A stretch of DNA of 24,000 nucleotides, from assembly GCF_003576705.1 (NCBI RefSeq), contig NZ_QOZS01000004.1, forward strand, positions 91,610 through 115,609, given 5' to 3'. Under the pieces are notes generated by a model. It was not told where the DNA came from, did not search any database, and saw nothing but the letters and a program-made list of their open reading frames with translations. This DNA is from Desertibaculum subflavum. GTDB taxonomy: Bacteria > Pseudomonadota > Alphaproteobacteria > Ferrovibrionales > Ferrovibrionaceae. A program made the position numbers and the translations under genes. Below, piece after piece: positions 8,621 through 18,404 of this stretch. How positions within the stretch are numbered: position 1 is the first letter of the stretch; each line of letters opens with the position of its first letter.

Positions 8621-8848
8621 ATGGCGGAGTCCCGCCCACCGAACGCGCGACCGCAAGCCGACCAGCGCAACGAAGGCGAAGGCAACCGCACCGCCGCGCG
8701 CCGCTACAACGCCGAGACGACCGAGCACGCCAAGCAGGACAGCAAGGTCCGCCAGGCCGCCGAGAAGGCCAAGCAGGCCATGCAATCGCCCGAGCGCAAG
8801 GACCTGACCGAGGCCGAGAAGCAGGGTCTGAACAAGGCCCGTCACTAG
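8621..8848 (+). CDS. Small (75 aa) highly charged hypothetical protein; probable general-stress-regulon member
   Basis: Strong SD GAAGGAGGA sits 5 nt before ATG 8621. The sequence is MAESRPPNARPQADQRNEGEGNRTAARRYNAETTEHAKQDSKVRQAAEKAKQAMQSPERKDLTEAEKQGLNKARH. It is bracketed by an EcfG-type promoter and a strong terminator. The EGEGNRTAARRYN-type block resembles small conserved alphaproteobacterial proteins that I cannot name precisely. Confidence 0.75.
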   Translation: MAESRPPNARPQADQRNEGEGNRTAARRYNAETTEHAKQDSKVRQAAEKAKQAMQSPERKDLTEAEKQGLNKARH

Positions 8849-8862
8849 GCCGTTGCGCAAAG

Positions 8863-8898
8863 AAATCGCCGCCGATGCGGTGCATCGGCGGCGATTTT
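8863..8898. terminator. Bidirectional rho-independent terminator between convergent genes
   Basis: Perfect 16-nt arms AAATCGCCGCCGATGC / GCATCGGCGGCGATTT, with an A-run on one side and a T-run on the other. It lies between the small protein (+) and the ABC exporter (-). Confidence 0.7.
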
Positions 8899-8978
8899 CG
8901 TATCGGTTGTGGCGGAGCCATCAGCCGGGCGGGCCAGCGCGCCGCGCCAACCACGGCGCCGGCGCAGCGCTGATGTCG

Positions 8979-10793
<1,815 letters not shown>

Positions 10794-10828
10794 GATTGGG
10801 GGTGCTGCCTTTCCGATCCGGGCCGTGC

Positions 10829-11170
10829 TCAGGCGAGGTCGATATCGACGCCGGCTGCCTGCGCCAGATCGCCGGCCAGACGCCCCAGCAGCTCGGCATT
10901 GTCGCGGGTCGACATCCAGGTCCGCCCGTCGAAGGCGTAGTGGCTGGCCCCGGAAACCGGCGAGGAGAGCCAGATCTGCCGGGTCGGGGCGTGCTTGCTG
11001 ATCACGAAAGTGCCCCCGCGCCTGCCCGCCCCGGCCTCGATTTCGACCGTCAGGACCGGGCCTTGCAGCTCCACATCGACCCCGTCGGCCTCGGCGCTTT
11101 CGATCGACTCGGCCAGCCGGCCCAAGAGCGCCTCCGCCATCTGCTCGAACTCGTTTTCGGACAATGCCAT
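10829..11170 (-). CDS. cyaY: Iron-sulfur cluster assembly protein CyaY (frataxin homolog)
   Basis: 113 aa with an acidic N-terminal helix ([18 protein letters not shown]), then [26 protein letters not shown], the frataxin signature block. Confidence 0.9.
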   Translation of the reverse strand: MALSENEFEQMAEALLGRLAESIESAEADGVDVELQGPVLTVEIEAGAGRRGGTFVISKHAPTRQIWLSSPVSGASHYAFDGRTWMSTRDNAELLGRLAGDLAQAAGVDIDLA

Positions 11171-11213
11171 AGGGGACCCTTGCGACCGGCCCGGGATATA
11201 GCAGCGGGATGCC

Positions 11214-11242
11214 TTGCCTCAAAGGGCCGTCGCTTGTATAGA
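11214..11242 (+). promoter_or_regulatory. Putative sigma-70 promoter of rpmE
   Basis: TTGCCT (11214..11219), 17 nt, then TATAGA (11237..11242). It lies about 30 nt upstream of the rpmE ATG. Confidence 0.45.
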
Positions 11243-11272
11243 GCCCGCTCGATTTCGCCGGAGCCCGCCGCC

Positions 11273-11506
11273 ATGAAGGCCGACATTCACCCCGACTACC
11301 ATGACATCACCGTCCAGATGACGGATGGCAGCACCTACAAGACCCGGTCGACCTATGGCAAGGCGGGCGAGACCCTGGTGCTGGAGATCGATCCCAAGGT
11401 GCACCCGGCCTGGACCGGCGGCCCGCAGCGCCTCAACGAGAGCGGCGGCCAGGTGGCCAAGTTCAACAAGCGCTTCGCCGGCATCAGCCTGCCCAAGAAG
11501 AAGTAG
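11273..11506 (+). CDS. rpmE: 50S ribosomal protein L31
   Basis: [30 protein letters not shown]...HPAWTG...FNKRF is unmistakably L31. This copy has no Cys residues, so it lacks the zinc-ribbon CxxC pairs. Confidence 0.95.
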   Translation: MKADIHPDYHDITVQMTDGSTYKTRSTYGKAGETLVLEIDPKVHPAWTGGPQRLNESGGQVAKFNKRFAGISLPKKK

Positions 11507-11520
11507 CGGCAGGCGAGCGC

Positions 11521-11547
11521 GAGGCGCCGGCGGGCGCCGCCCGCCTC
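11521..11547 (+). terminator. GC-rich hairpin after rpmE (possible terminator, no T-tract)
   Basis: gaggcgccggcgggcgccgcccgcctc folds as GAGGCG..CGGCGG-loop-CCGCC..CGCCTC, 15 nt after the rpmE stop. Confidence 0.35.
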
Positions 11548-11685
11548 AAGTTCCCAACCGACAATCTGAAGGATGAGGACGGCGCACGCCTGGCCGGGCA
11601 GGCCGGCCGGCGCGCGCCGTCGGCGGAGCCGTCCCCCGATAGCTCCGCCGTAAGGTTCTCTCCGTCGCCTAAATCGCGGCGCCGG

Positions 11686-12192
11686 TCAAGATCCTGCCAC
11701 CGCCGCATTGCCCATCTGGGCACTGGCGAGCGACGAGGCGGTCAGCGACGACAGCGCCACCGGCAAGGTCACCCGCGGCGAGCGGGCCTGAGCATCGAGC
11801 CGGGCCAGCCGGCGATAGAGCTGGTCGCTCTCGTCCAACAGCTGCAGCAGCATGGTGGGCAGGCGTTCGCGGTCGACCGACGGCGCCGCCAGGCAGACTT
11901 CCACCTTCTCCAGCTCAGGCGCCTCGTTGGTGGCCTCGACCTGCGGCATCTCGCCCTCTTCGGCGGCGCGCTGCAGCAGCAGCCAGGCCATCATGTGGGT
12001 CAGGCGCGCGGTCAGGCGCACGGTCTCCAGCGCATGGGCGAGACGATCGGCCTGCGGCAGCTGAGCCACCTCGGTCGACGCGATCTCGCTAATATAGAGA
12101 CGCGCGCGCCACAGAAGGTCGATCGCCTCCCGGTAGGTCCGGCGCAGGAACAGACCCGAGCTGCCGATCAACACGTCCTGTTCGAGATCCAT
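11686..12192 (-). CDS. DUF1465 family protein (RcdA-like, regulator of CtrA degradation family)
   Basis: 168 aa starting at MDLEQD (ATG 12192), with GGAGG 7 nt upstream. The block ALETVRLTARLTHMMAWLLLQRA matches my recollection of the conserved DUF1465/RcdA helix (RLT.RL...AWLL..RA). Confidence 0.75.
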   Translation of the reverse strand: MDLEQDVLIGSSGLFLRRTYREAIDLLWRARLYISEIASTEVAQLPQADRLAHALETVRLTARLTHMMAWLLLQRAAEEGEMPQVEATNEAPELEKVEVCLAAPSVDRERLPTMLLQLLDESDQLYRRLARLDAQARSPRVTLPVALSSLTASSLASAQMGNAAVAGS

Positions 12193-12383
12193 CACCGCGT
12201 CCTCCAGCCCCGTTAACCCCTTGACGCACCACCGGCAATCGCGTTGCACCGTCTTTTTGTCATAAGCAAGCGCCGGGCCAACAGGGTCAAGCCCTTGACG
12301 GAAAAAGGCAAGCAAAACAAGGGTTAACGAGCAATCCGTAAATTTGTCAGTTTCGTTGACACTCGCATCCGGCGGAGGCGGCC

Positions 12384-12411
12384 CTTGAACGCGCGCCGAC
12401 CGCTCTTACAT
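12384..12411 (+). promoter_or_regulatory. RpoH (sigma-32)-type heat-shock promoter
   Basis: CTTG (12384..12387), 17 nt, then CTTACAT (12405..12411). The alphaproteobacterial RpoH consensus is CTTG-N17/18-CYTATNT, so there is one mismatch. It is positioned to give a leader of about 100 nt before hsp20. Confidence 0.5.
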
Positions 12412-12419
12412 GCAGGCTC

Positions 12420-12520
12420 GACCGCAACGCCGCCTCGGCGGGTTGCGGAACATCCGGTGGCCCCGGCCGATGGCGGGGCGGCGCCGATGGGTTAATCGCT
12501 CACGCAAGAGGATTCCGACC
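12420..12520 (+). ncRNA. ROSE-like RNA thermometer (5' leader of the Hsp20 gene)
   Basis: Three consecutive hairpins. The first (12422..12448) is ccgcaacgccgcc/ggcgggttgcgg. The second (12460..12479) is gccccg/cggggc. The third (12494..12514) is AATC-G-CTC / GAG-GATT, in which the TCGCT (U-Y-G-C-U) motif pairs with the SD GAGGA and leaves a bulged G. That is the ROSE hallmark. The ATG lies 6 nt downstream. Confidence 0.65.
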
Positions 12521-12991
12521 ATGCGAACCTTCGACCTTTCTCCCCTGCTCCGCTCCTCGATCGGCTTCGACCGTTTCGGCCAGCTGTTCGACACCGTGAA
12601 CCGCCTGGAAGACGCGGCGAACGGCTATCCGCCCTACAACATCGAGAAGCAGGGCGACGACAAGTACCGCGTGACGCTCGCGGTCGCCGGCTTCGGCGAG
12701 GACGAGCTTTCGATCGTGCAGCACGAGAGCACGCTGATCGTCAGCGGCAAGGCCAGCGAGCAGGGCAACGGCGACGGCCATAGCTACCTGCATCGCGGCA
12801 TCGCCCGCCGCGCCTTCGAACGCCGCTTCCAGCTCGCCGATTACGTGAAGGTGGTCGGCGCCGCGCTCGACAACGGCCTGCTGCATGTCGACCTGCAGCG
12901 CGTCGTGCCGGAGGCGATGAAGCCGCGCAAGATCGAGATCGGCAAGACCAGCCAGCCGGCGCCGAAGGTGATCGACGCCAAGGCCGCGTAA
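12521..12991 (+). CDS. Hsp20/alpha-crystallin family small heat-shock protein (IbpA-like)
   Basis: 156 aa: MRTFDLSPLLRSSIGFDRF...YPPYNIEK.GDD.YRVTLAVAGF..DELSI......L.V.G...............YLHRGIA.R.FERRF.LAD.V.V..A...NGLL.V.L. This is the class-A rhizobial sHSP pattern. Confidence 0.95.
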   Translation: MRTFDLSPLLRSSIGFDRFGQLFDTVNRLEDAANGYPPYNIEKQGDDKYRVTLAVAGFGEDELSIVQHESTLIVSGKASEQGNGDGHSYLHRGIARRAFERRFQLADYVKVVGAALDNGLLHVDLQRVVPEAMKPRKIEIGKTSQPAPKVIDAKAA

Positions 12992-13013
12992 AGCGTCGCG
13001 GCAGCAACCAGGG

Positions 13014-13049
13014 CAAGGCCCCTGCATCAGCAGGGGCCTTGTCTATTTT
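13014..13049 (+). terminator. Rho-independent terminator of hsp20
   Basis: CAAGGCCCCTGC-atca-GCAGGGGCCTTG (12-bp perfect stem), followed by tcTATTTT. Confidence 0.8.
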
Positions 13050-13169
13050 CTCCCCTGCCGAACCTGCGATCAACGGTCGCTAGTTATCGCGCAAGCTTGA
13101 CCATTGCGGCATGACCGCGGCAGATTTCGGCGCCGGCCGGTGGCCGGATCGTGACGCGAGGGGGAGTTC

Positions 13170-13877
13170 GTGGACATGCTTTGGTGCCTGCGCGCGGTCG
13201 GCGCCGCCGCGCTCATTCTGTTTGCGGGTTGCTCGGTGCCCCGCGTCGAGGCCACCCAGGGATCGCTCGGCAAGATCGGCACGCTCGCCGTCATCATCCC
13301 GCCGGAGCCGAAGACGATCGGCGTCGCCGATTTCGGCCATCCCGGCATGGCCTTCGGACTGATCGGCGGCATGGCGGCCTCGGCCGACATGAAGGCCAAG
13401 CAGGACCGCGTCACCGCGGCGCTCAAGTCCGAGAAGCTCGAACTGTCGCCGTTGCTGGTCGATCGGGTGGTGGCCGGCCTTGCAGCCGGCGGCTACAAGG
13501 CGCGCGCCGAAACCGGGCCATGGCGCGAAATCGATGGCAAGCTTCAATTGCGATATGAGGAGATTCAGTCGGACGCCGATGCGGTGCTGGTTCTTGTCCC
13601 GAACCCGGCCTTCATGTCGCCCAACCTCGCTTCGGATTTCCTGCCGACCATGCTGGTGACGGCGGTGCTGCTCGACAAGGACCGCAAGACCCAGCTCTAT
13701 CGCGGCTTTCACGCGAGTGGCTGGAAGCCGACCGGCGATGGCTGGCGCCACACGCCGGCCAAGGTGACGTTTCCGACCTTCGACGCCGTGATGCAATCGC
13801 CGCCGGCGACCGCGATCGCGCTGAAGGACGGCACCGACGCCGTGGCGGCGACCGTGGTGGCCGATCTGCGCCGATAG
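13170..13877 (+). CDS. Hypothetical lipoprotein
   Basis: The N-terminus M(D)MLWCLRAVGAAALILFAGCS carries a lipobox (LFAG-C). SD GGGGAG lies upstream. The start is GTG 13170 or ATG 13176. I recognise no family for the mature part. Confidence 0.75.
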   Translation: MDMLWCLRAVGAAALILFAGCSVPRVEATQGSLGKIGTLAVIIPPEPKTIGVADFGHPGMAFGLIGGMAASADMKAKQDRVTAALKSEKLELSPLLVDRVVAGLAAGGYKARAETGPWREIDGKLQLRYEEIQSDADAVLVLVPNPAFMSPNLASDFLPTMLVTAVLLDKDRKTQLYRGFHASGWKPTGDGWRHTPAKVTFPTFDAVMQSPPATAIALKDGTDAVAATVVADLRR

Positions 13878-13940
13878 ACGCGAGACGGGCTGCGCTGCGC
13901 CGCGCCTGCTATTCTCCCGGTCCGTAAACGGGAGGAAGCG

Positions 13941-14606
13941 ATGGCGGCGGACGCGGCCCTGCTCGAACAGGCGAAGCGGGTTCTCTACACGGCGGTGTTG
14001 TCCGACGTGCTGGACGGGCTTGGGCACCGCCACCAGGCGATGCGGCCGAGCGTGCGGCCGCTCGACGACACGCTCATGCTGTTCGGCCGCGCCCGCACCG
14101 GGATCTACATGGACGTCTATCACGTCGATCCCGCGGTCAACCCCTACGAGCTCGAGATCAGGCTGATCGACGACCTGAAGCCGGGCGAGGTGGCGGTGCT
14201 CGCCTGCGGCACGAGCGGGCGCATCGCGCCCTGGGGCGAGCTGCTCACCACCGCCTCGCGGGCGCGCGGCGCCGCCGGCTGCGTCACCGACGGGCTCTGC
14301 CGCGACCTGCGGCTGATCCGCGAGATGCGCTTTCCGGTGTTCTGCGGCGGCATCGGCCCGCTCGATTCCAAGGGCCGCGGCATGGTGATGGCGATCGACG
14401 TGCCGGTGGAGACCGGCGGCGTGCACGTCGCGCCGGGCGACCTCGTGGTTGGCGATGTCGACGGCGTGATCGTGGTGCCCAAGGCGGTGGAGGTGGAGGC
14501 GCTCCGCCTCGCCATCGAGAAAGTCGCCGCCGAGGACACCACGCGGAAGGAGCTCGAAGCCGGCGCGCTGCTCGCCGACGTGTTCAAGCGGCACGGCGTG
14601 CTGTGA
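13941..14606 (+). CDS. RraA family protein (RNase E regulator / 4-hydroxy-4-methyl-2-oxoglutarate aldolase family)
   Basis: 221 aa with TAVLSDVLD, GE.L...A...G..G.V.DG..RD (GCVTDGLCRD) and GD.VVGD.DGV.VVP, the typical RraA-fold blocks. SD GGGAGGAAGCG lies before the ATG. Confidence 0.9.
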   Translation: MAADAALLEQAKRVLYTAVLSDVLDGLGHRHQAMRPSVRPLDDTLMLFGRARTGIYMDVYHVDPAVNPYELEIRLIDDLKPGEVAVLACGTSGRIAPWGELLTTASRARGAAGCVTDGLCRDLRLIREMRFPVFCGGIGPLDSKGRGMVMAIDVPVETGGVHVAPGDLVVGDVDGVIVVPKAVEVEALRLAIEKVAAEDTTRKELEAGALLADVFKRHGVL

Positions 14607-15076
14607 GCGCGGCCTGCACCATCGTGCCGCTGGCGGCGCGGCCGGATCTCGTGCCGCTGGTCGCCGAATGGGGCCATGCCACCTGGGGCCATCTCGCGCC
14701 CGGCGACACCGCGGCGAAGCGGGCCGGGCGGCTCAAGCGGCATCTGCAGGTCGATGCGGTGCCAAGCACCATCGTGGCGCTCGACGCGGCCGGCGTGCCG
14801 GTCGGCTCCGCGGGCCTGCTCGCGCATGACATCGACGGCGATCCGCGCGGGCCCTGGCTCGCCAGCGTCTACGTCGTGCCGGAGCGGCGCGGCGAGGGCT
14901 TCGGCAAGGCGGTGGTCGGCGCGATCGAGGCATCGGCCGCGCACGCCGGCATCGCCCTGCTCTATCTCTTCACGCCCGACAAGATGAGCTTCTACGCCAG
15001 CCTCGGCTGGACCGCGATCGAAGCCCGCGACTACCGCGGCGAGCACATCACGGTGATGACGAAGCGGTTGGGTTAG
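14603..15076 (+). CDS. GNAT family N-acetyltransferase
   Basis: 157 aa with the acetyl-CoA motif A region VYVVPERRGEGFGKAVV and the C-terminal YASLGW. The GTG start overlaps the RraA-family stop (GTGA). Confidence 0.82.
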   Translation: MSAACTIVPLAARPDLVPLVAEWGHATWGHLAPGDTAAKRAGRLKRHLQVDAVPSTIVALDAAGVPVGSAGLLAHDIDGDPRGPWLASVYVVPERRGEGFGKAVVGAIEASAAHAGIALLYLFTPDKMSFYASLGWTAIEARDYRGEHITVMTKRLG

Positions 15077-16199
15077 TTCGATGCCGCGGAAACGGGCCGA
15101 TCGCTGATCCGGCGATCTCGCGTTCAATGATTCGCGTGAGCGAGGCAAATTCGCGATGCGTCTTCTGGTCCCGCGGCAGGACCAGCGTGAACTGGAGAAG
15201 TGCCAGCTCCGTATCGCGAGGCTCCAGCAGCATCCATCGCAGCAAGACGAAGGCCCCGTCCTTCTCCGTGCCCGGTTGCTCTTCATGGAAGAGCAGCCTC
15301 CCCGGCATCTCGGTCGGGCGCGGCACAGCGCCTCGCCGGCTGAAGACCTGTTTGTACCGCTCCAACAGCTGCTCTCTGGCTCCCTCATATAGATCGTACT
15401 GGATCCAGAAAGTGCCCGTATTCGGTTCATCCTCGCAGGCGATCCACATGCCGTCAGGCGAAGAATATTCGTCGTACCAGCGCGCCGGCACATTCAGTTC
15501 GATGAAGCCGAAGGCGCGCATCGGCCGCACGCGATCGAAGCCGAAACCCCGGTCGAGCGAGCCGACCAGGCGCGGGTCGCTGGGCGGCGCACGGCGGAAC
15601 TGCTGTCCGAACAATTCCTCCAGGATCGCGGTATCCGCGCTGTGCCAGAACCGGTCGCGGACATAGAGCGACAGCCATGCTTCGACGATCACACCATCCA
15701 GGCGCAGAAGCTGGGGCCAGTGCCAGGCGCTGAACCCGTCTCGGTCCGACTTTGCCACCGGCACCTGGAGCGCAACCATGCGCCTGACGTCGAGCTCGGC
15801 GAACGTCTCTTTCATATTTTTGCCGGTCAGCGCTTGCATGATCTCTGCCGCCCGCGACCTGATGGTCTCACGCCAGTCGCTGCCCGCCGGCAGCAGCCGC
15901 ATTCTGCGCTCGAGACCGTAGTCGCGTTGCGCCGGCGCCGTCCAAGGCGCGCCGGTGTCGTCGCGTCCAGTGTCCCAGTCATGCGGAACCCGGAAGCGAT
16001 AGCCGTCCAGGCTGATCGTCTTGAGCGGGCCCAGATGCGCCGCCAGCGTGTCGTAGTCTGGCGTGGAGCCCATATCCTCGACTGCCGGAACGCTGTTGCT
16101 TTGCTCCGCCATCGGCGATTCCCTTGCTTGTTCGAACGACGCTGGCGCGACCAAGGCGAACATTGCCACCAGCCACCACGCCGCGTGCCGAATCGTCAT
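15048..16199 (-). CDS. Uncharacterized secreted protein, divergent member (A) of the four-paralog array
   Basis: 383 aa. It has a Sec-type N-terminus MTIRHAAWWLVAMFALVAPASF. It shares array motifs (YRFRVPHDW in the first half, FGFIELNVPARW and LLRWMLLEP in the second). It lies 9 nt downstream of paralog B. High GC3 on this strand. Confidence 0.7.
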   Translation of the reverse strand: MTIRHAAWWLVAMFALVAPASFEQARESPMAEQSNSVPAVEDMGSTPDYDTLAAHLGPLKTISLDGYRFRVPHDWDTGRDDTGAPWTAPAQRDYGLERRMRLLPAGSDWRETIRSRAAEIMQALTGKNMKETFAELDVRRMVALQVPVAKSDRDGFSAWHWPQLLRLDGVIVEAWLSLYVRDRFWHSADTAILEELFGQQFRRAPPSDPRLVGSLDRGFGFDRVRPMRAFGFIELNVPARWYDEYSSPDGMWIACEDEPNTGTFWIQYDLYEGAREQLLERYKQVFSRRGAVPRPTEMPGRLLFHEEQPGTEKDGAFVLLRWMLLEPRDTELALLQFTLVLPRDQKTHREFASLTRIIEREIAGSAIGPFPRHRTNPTASSSP

Positions 16200-16208
16200 T
16201 GATAATCT

Positions 16209-17294
16209 CTACGGTCGGCGGGCCGGTGCCGTGTCGTTCGGCCGCTTACCGGTCTCGATCGTCGCTTCCTTCTCCGCCGGCGGGCGGCCGATGCGCATGC
16301 GGTGGAGCTGCTCGTCGACGATCTGCACCAGTTCCTTGAACTCCGGCCGGTCGGCGTCGCTCTCCGCCATGAAGAGGTCGACGATCAGGATCATCGCCCG
16401 GTCTTCCGTGCCGTCGGAAATCATCCACTGCACGCGGCGGCGGTCGTCGCTCTTGTTCTCGCGCCGATAGGGCGCATCCATCTTGCGGTAGACGGCACCG
16501 CCGCGGTCATGGTGACGGATGACGATGTGATAGCCGATCCAGAGCTCGGGCGAGCCGGGCCGCGGATCGTAGTAGCCGACCACGTCGCCATCGTTCTCCT
16601 GTCGCCAGGTGCTCGGCACGCGCAAGGCCATGAAGCCGAACGGCGTCACCGGTCGGAGCGAACGGAAGTCGTAACGGTCTTCGGACCGCGGCGGCGGCAG
16701 TCGATCGATCACCGATGGTGGCGGTGCGAGGCTGCCGCGCAGGAGCTGTTCGCGGAACAGCCTGACGATCTCGACCGTCACCGCCGGCTCGCGCGCCTGC
16801 GGACGCACCTCGATCTGGAATCCGGAGACATGCGCGTCGCGCGGATCGGTCCAGAACTGGACCACGCTGTGCGTAAGGGCGCCGGCGACACGGCCGCCCA
16901 CCGGGACTGTGGCCTCGATCAGCAGGGTACCGCCGCGCTCCGCGACCCGCAGGTCTCGGGCGGAGCGGTCCTCCAGCAGCCGCCGGATCGGATCGACCAG
17001 GCTCTTCCGCCCGGCAGCGGGATCGCCTCCATGAGCGACGGCGATCTGGGTGAGCTCGACCATGTAGTTCCGGTCGGCCGAGCCGAGCCGCAGCTGATCC
17101 TTCGCGTCGCGCCAGACACGCCAGCCGGCGGGCACGATCAGCGACGGCGGATCGGCGCTGGCGCGGTCCTTGATCTCGAGCCGTTCGAGCCGGAAGGCGG
17201 TCGAGCTGAATCCGTCGAGCTCATAGGGCTGCGCCTTCGCGGCGACCGCGCTCGTCAGCGCCAGTATGCCGAGGGCGAGCCACGCCGCCTTCAT
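16209..17294 (-). CDS. Uncharacterized secreted protein, paralog B of the array
   Basis: 361 aa from MKAAWLALGILALTSAVAAKA|QP, a clear signal peptide. The ATG (17294) overlaps the stop of paralog C as ATGA. It is alignable over its full length with C and D. The track ORF (443 aa) is over-extended upstream. Confidence 0.8.
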   Translation of the reverse strand: MKAAWLALGILALTSAVAAKAQPYELDGFSSTAFRLERLEIKDRASADPPSLIVPAGWRVWRDAKDQLRLGSADRNYMVELTQIAVAHGGDPAAGRKSLVDPIRRLLEDRSARDLRVAERGGTLLIEATVPVGGRVAGALTHSVVQFWTDPRDAHVSGFQIEVRPQAREPAVTVEIVRLFREQLLRGSLAPPPSVIDRLPPPRSEDRYDFRSLRPVTPFGFMALRVPSTWRQENDGDVVGYYDPRPGSPELWIGYHIVIRHHDRGGAVYRKMDAPYRRENKSDDRRRVQWMISDGTEDRAMILIVDLFMAESDADRPEFKELVQIVDEQLHRMRIGRPPAEKEATIETGKRPNDTAPARRP

Positions 17295-18391
17295 GCCCGG
17301 CCTCGCTTCGCCGATGGGCGCCCGATCTCGCGGGTCGCTTCCGCCTCGGGCGGCGGCAGGCCGATCTTCATGCGGCGCACCTGCTCGTCGAGGATCAGGA
17401 TCAGCTCCTGGAACTCGGGGTCGTCCGCCTGCCCCTCGTCGAGCATCAGATCGATCAGCACGATCATCGACCGGTCGGCCGTGGTGTCCTTGACCATCCA
17501 TTGCAAGCGCTCGATCTCGGGGTCCTTGCTCTGCCGCCAATAGCGGTCGACCTCGCGCGACGGCGTCAGGCCCGAGCCATGATCGCGGATGACGACGTGG
17601 TAGGAGATCCAGAGCGCGCCCGAGCGCTGGTCCGGGTCGTAGTAGCCCTGCGCCCCGCCGCTCTCATGCGCGCGCCAATGGCGCGGCACGCCGATGCTCA
17701 TGAAGCCGTGCGGCTGCACATGGTGGAGGTCGCGGAAGTCGAAGCGGTACGCCGCCGGCGTCGGCGGCAGCTTGTCCAGGACCGATGCCGCGGCCCAGAA
17801 GCGGCCGCGAAGGATCTGCGCCCGCAGCAGATCGACGATGTCGGCGGTTTCTGGCCGATCCCAGATTTCGGGCCGCGTGATCAGATGGTAGCCGACCAGA
17901 TAGAGCTTGCCGTCTTCCGGCCAGATGCGGAACAGGTTGCGGATTCGCACCTGGCGCCCGTCATAGGTAGTGTCCTGCGCGCTCTCGAAGATGGTGTGAT
18001 CCTCGTGGCGATAGCTGCGCGGACGGGGAAGGCCGGCGCCGATCGAGGCCTCGCGGCGCAGCTCGCCGAGCAGTCCGCGCAAGGTGGCGGCTTCGTCGGC
18101 ACCGATCGGCCGGAAGCCCCCCGACCGCTGCAGGATGTAATTCTCGTCCGGATCGGCGAGCCAGATATTGTCGCCCTGCGTCAGGCCACTCCGCCAATCG
18201 GCCGGCACGACGAACGAGCCGATGGTGGTGCCTGTGCGGTCGTCGATCTCGACTCGCTTCAGCTCGAAAAAGCGGGATTGATAGCCTTCGAATTCGTACA
18301 TCGGCTTCGCCTCCTCCGCGCGGCCGACCAGCAGGGTGAAGATCAGAAGGAAGGTGCGAACCGCCTCGACGAAGAGTTCGAGCGAGAGCAT
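17291..18391 (-). CDS. Uncharacterized protein, paralog C of the array
   Basis: 366 aa from MLSLELFVEAVRTFLLIFTLLVGRAEEA, with GGAGG 7 nt upstream and 13 nt after the paralog D stop. An alternative start at MYEFEGY (ATG 18301) also has GGAGGAGG upstream. The track ORF (414 aa) is over-extended. Confidence 0.75.
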   Translation of the reverse strand: MLSLELFVEAVRTFLLIFTLLVGRAEEAKPMYEFEGYQSRFFELKRVEIDDRTGTTIGSFVVPADWRSGLTQGDNIWLADPDENYILQRSGGFRPIGADEAATLRGLLGELRREASIGAGLPRPRSYRHEDHTIFESAQDTTYDGRQVRIRNLFRIWPEDGKLYLVGYHLITRPEIWDRPETADIVDLLRAQILRGRFWAAASVLDKLPPTPAAYRFDFRDLHHVQPHGFMSIGVPRHWRAHESGGAQGYYDPDQRSGALWISYHVVIRDHGSGLTPSREVDRYWRQSKDPEIERLQWMVKDTTADRSMIVLIDLMLDEGQADDPEFQELILILDEQVRRMKIGLPPPEAEATREIGRPSAKRGRA

Positions 18392-18404
18392 TTCCGGCCT
18401 CCGC

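Noticed and set aside
8267-8973. Several 78-211-aa ORFs on both strands in the GST-to-ABC spacer
   Set aside because: Only the 8621..8848 segment has an SD, a plausible composition and promoter/terminator bracketing. The remainder are Arg/Pro/Gly-rich and run through terminator hairpins.
12447-12471. Second GGAAC-N16 motif that might be another EcfG promoter in front of hsp20
   Set aside because: The -10 position reads CGAT rather than CGTT. The motif also lies inside the first and second hairpins of the ROSE-like leader, downstream of the better RpoH-type promoter.
13080-15493. 504-aa and 449-aa minus-strand ORFs over the lipoprotein, RraA-family and GNAT genes
   Set aside because: They are antisense to genes with a clear lipobox, RraA signatures and GNAT signatures, and have the typical high-GC shadow-ORF composition.
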